Source: Octopus vulgaris (lineage: Eukaryota). Taken from it: a DNA stretch of 64,000 bases. Where the stretch lies: positions 135,284,001 through 135,348,000 of the forward strand of contig OX597814.1 in the NCBI GenBank assembly GCA_951406725.2. Direction: 5' to 3'. This document shows positions 61,592 through 64,000 of this stretch, piece after piece. Position 1 is the stretch's first letter. The number at the start of each line of letters is the position of its first letter. The translations under genes were made by a program, and so were the position numbers. The notes beneath the pieces are model-generated. The model was not told the origin of the DNA. It did not search any database and was given only the letters and a program-made list of their open reading frames with translations.

Positions 61592-63528
61592 TCATCATCA
61601 TCATCATCATCGTTTAGCGTCCGTTTTCCATGCTAGCATGGGTTGGACGGTTCTACTGGGGTCTGTGAAGCCAGAAGGCTTCATCAGGCCCAGTCAAATC
61701 TGGCAGTGTTTCTACGGCTGGATGCCCTTCCTAATGCCAACCACTCCGTGAGTGTAGTGGGTGCTTTTTACGTGCCACCCGCACTGGTGCCAGACAGAGC
61801 TGGCAAACGGCCACGAACGGATGGTGCTTTTTATGTGCCACCGGCACGAGGGCCAGGCGAGGCTGGCAACGGACACGAAACGGGGCGGTGCTGGCAACGG
61901 TCGCGAAACGGAAAGTTCTCTTACATGCCACCGGCACTGGTAACACATCTGCAATTTCCATTGATCGATTTCCATTGATCGATATCGATTCTGATCCTCA
62001 CTTGCCTCAACGGGTCTTCACAAGCAGAGTTTTGACATGCCACCGGCACTGGTAGCACATCCGCAATTTCCATTGATCGATTTCGATTCTGATCCTCACT
62101 TGCCTCAACACGTCTTCACAAGTAGAGTTTTGTGTCCCAAGAAGGGAAGGTATGCATACGTAGGCCGGCTCCATCCCATGTAGAAGGCCACGGGTTATGG
62201 ACTCACTTGTCCTGCCGGGTCTTCTCGCGCACAGCACACTTCCAGAGGTCTCGGTCTCTAGTCATTTCCTCAGTGAGACCTAAAGTTCGAAGGTCGTGCT
62301 TCACCACCTCGTCCCAGGTTTTCCTGGGTCTGCCTCTTCCACAGGTTCCCTCAACCGCTAGGGTGTGGCACTTTTTCACACAACTATCTTCATCCATTCT
62401 CGCCACATGACCATACCAGCGCAAACGTCTCTCTTGCACACCACAACTGATGCTTCTTAGGTCCAGCTTTTCTCTCAAGGTACTTACACTCTGCCGAGTG
62501 TGAGTACCGGCATTACACATCCATCGGAGCATACTGGCTTCATTTCTAGCGAGCTTACGCATATCCTCAGCAGTCACGGCCCATGTTTCACTGCCATGTA
62601 GCATGGCTGTTCGTACACACGCATCATACAGTCTGCCTTTCACTCTGTGCGAGAGGCCTTTTGTCACCAGCAGAGGTAAGAGCTCTCTGAACTTTGCCCA
62701 AGCTATTCTTACTCTAGCAGTTACACTTTCAGCACACCCGCCCCCGCTGCTGACTTGGTCACCTAGGTAACGGAAACTATCAACTATTTCTAGTTTTTCT
62801 CCCTGGAAAGTGACGGAAGTTGGTCTCAGAGCATTTTCAGTGTTTATTGTTCCTGAGCATCTGCCACATACAAAAACCATCTTCCTAGTTAGCCTTCCTT
62901 TGACATTGCTGCATCTCTTATGTGTCCATAGCTTACACTTGGTGCATCTTATAGAGTTTCTACCTACACCTTTTCTACAGATCGAGCAGGGCCATCTACC
63001 TGAAGGTGTTTGTGATTTGTCTACCTTCCTACTGATTACGACTTTGGTTTTAGCTAGATTGACTCTGAGGCCCTTCGATTCTAATCCTTGTTTCCACACC
63101 TGAAACTTCTCCTCCAGTTCTGATAGCGACTCAGCAATTAGAGCAAGGTCATCAGCATAGAGGAGCTCCCAAGGGCATCCTGTCTTGAATTCCTCCGTTA
63201 TTGCCTGGAGGACTATGATAAATAGGAGGGGGCTGAGTACTGAGCCTTGGTGGACTCCTACCTCTACCCGGAATTCTTCACTGTACACATTTCCAACCCT
63301 CACCCTACTAGCGGCGTCCCTATACATGGCCCGCACAGCTCTCACTAACCATTCATCTATCCCTAGTTTCCTCATTGCCCACCAGATAAGGGATCGGGGG
63401 ACCCTGTCGAAGGCTTTCTCCATGTCAACAAAAGCCAGGTACAGGGGCTTATCTTTGGCTAGGTATTTCTCCTGCAGCTGCCTTACCAGGAATATAGCAT
63501 CAGTAGTACTTTTCCCTGGCACAAACCC
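61592..63528 (-). mobile_element. Young 5'-truncated RTE-clade LINE inserted in (TA)n
   Basis: Has an RT ORF, a ~600-bp 3' UTR with an internal ~100-bp tandem duplication (61923-62034 and 62035-62132), and a (GAT)n tail. Confidence 0.93.
62203..63528 (-). CDS. RTE LINE reverse transcriptase, 5'-truncated, 441 uninterrupted codons
   Basis: Motifs: GFVPGKSTTDAIF, FVDMEKAFDRV, GVHQGSVLSPLLF, LLYADDL, GLRVNLAKTK, FRYLG, HGSETW, RLRWYGHV and GRGRPRKTW. The track's extension to 63729 is microsatellite-derived. Confidence 0.92.
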   Translation of the reverse strand, partial: GFVPGKSTTDAIFLVRQLQEKYLAKDKPLYLAFVDMEKAFDRVPRSLIWWAMRKLGIDEWLVRAVRAMYRDAASRVRVGNVYSEEFRVEVGVHQGSVLSPLLFIIVLQAITEEFKTGCPWELLYADDLALIAESLSELEEKFQVWKQGLESKGLRVNLAKTKVVISRKVDKSQTPSGRWPCSICRKGVGRNSIRCTKCKLWTHKRCSNVKGRLTRKMVFVCGRCSGTINTENALRPTSVTFQGEKLEIVDSFRYLGDQVSSGGGCAESVTARVRIAWAKFRELLPLLVTKGLSHRVKGRLYDACVRTAMLHGSETWAVTAEDMRKLARNEASMLRWMCNAGTHTRQSVSTLREKLDLRSISCGVQERRLRWYGHVARMDEDSCVKKCHTLAVEGTCGRGRPRKTWDEVVKHDLRTLGLTEEMTRDRDLWKCAVREKTRQDK

Positions 63529-63529
63529 A

Positions 63530-63567
<38 letters not shown>

Positions 63568-63727
63568 GACACACACATAGGATTGTTTGTAGAAATACAT
63601 AAATCCAGAGGAGAAGCACATTCTAAGATGTAGAACAGTTAATACATATACATATATACATACATACATACATACATACATACATTCATACATATATACA
63701 TACATACATACATACATACATACATAC

Positions 63728-63785
<58 letters not shown>

Positions 63786-64000
63786 TCACCCACCCCACTA
63801 CAAAATTAGTTTGGCTAAATAAATCATTATTATCATAATAATTATCTGTTCTTTTTCATGTGAAAATGTTTTACTCATTAAGTAGGATGAATTATTGATT
63901 TTAACACTGAGATCATTGGGGAGATGTTAATAATAATAATGGTTGTGGTGGTGACAACAGTGGCGGTGGGCGGCGGTGGCAGCGGTGGTGGTGGTAGTGT

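Noticed and set aside
63529-63729. N-terminal 67 aa of the 508-aa ORF
   Set aside because: This is microsatellite-rich flank read in frame. RT homology begins at GFVPG (63528).

Overview
AT-rich, microsatellite-dense eukaryotic non-coding DNA. The repeat families and the (TA)n/(CA)n/(ATT)n load look like a coleoid cephalopod, probably Octopus; this is inferred from remembered repeat families, not a database result. I found no convincing host protein-coding exon, and most ORFs in the track are microsatellite translations. The window is a patchwork of mobile elements: two mariner remnants, a mariner MITE, a DD37D (maT) remnant, a decayed autonomous Helitron plus non-autonomous Helitrons, a young 5'-truncated RTE LINE with a PHD-type finger inside its RT, R4/Dong-like and CR1-like LINE fragments, several tRNA-derived SINE families and many decayed Penelope-like (PLE) fragments. 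The strongest signal is more than a dozen type I hammerhead ribozyme motifs (stem I-CUGANGA-stem II-GAAA-short palindromic stem III-NUH-stem I), intact or decayed, from several unrelated families. Six loci are long fold-back (inverted) duplications, five of them flanked by (TA)n-rich tracts. One locus is an ORF-less 301-nt unit with a 16-nt terminal redundancy, and another joins a tRNA-like Pol III head to a hammerhead. Together these suggest small non-autonomous retrozyme-like or SINE-like RNAs mobilised by PLE machinery. Hammerheads in PLEs and metazoan retrozymes are known in general; whether these families are described I cannot check.
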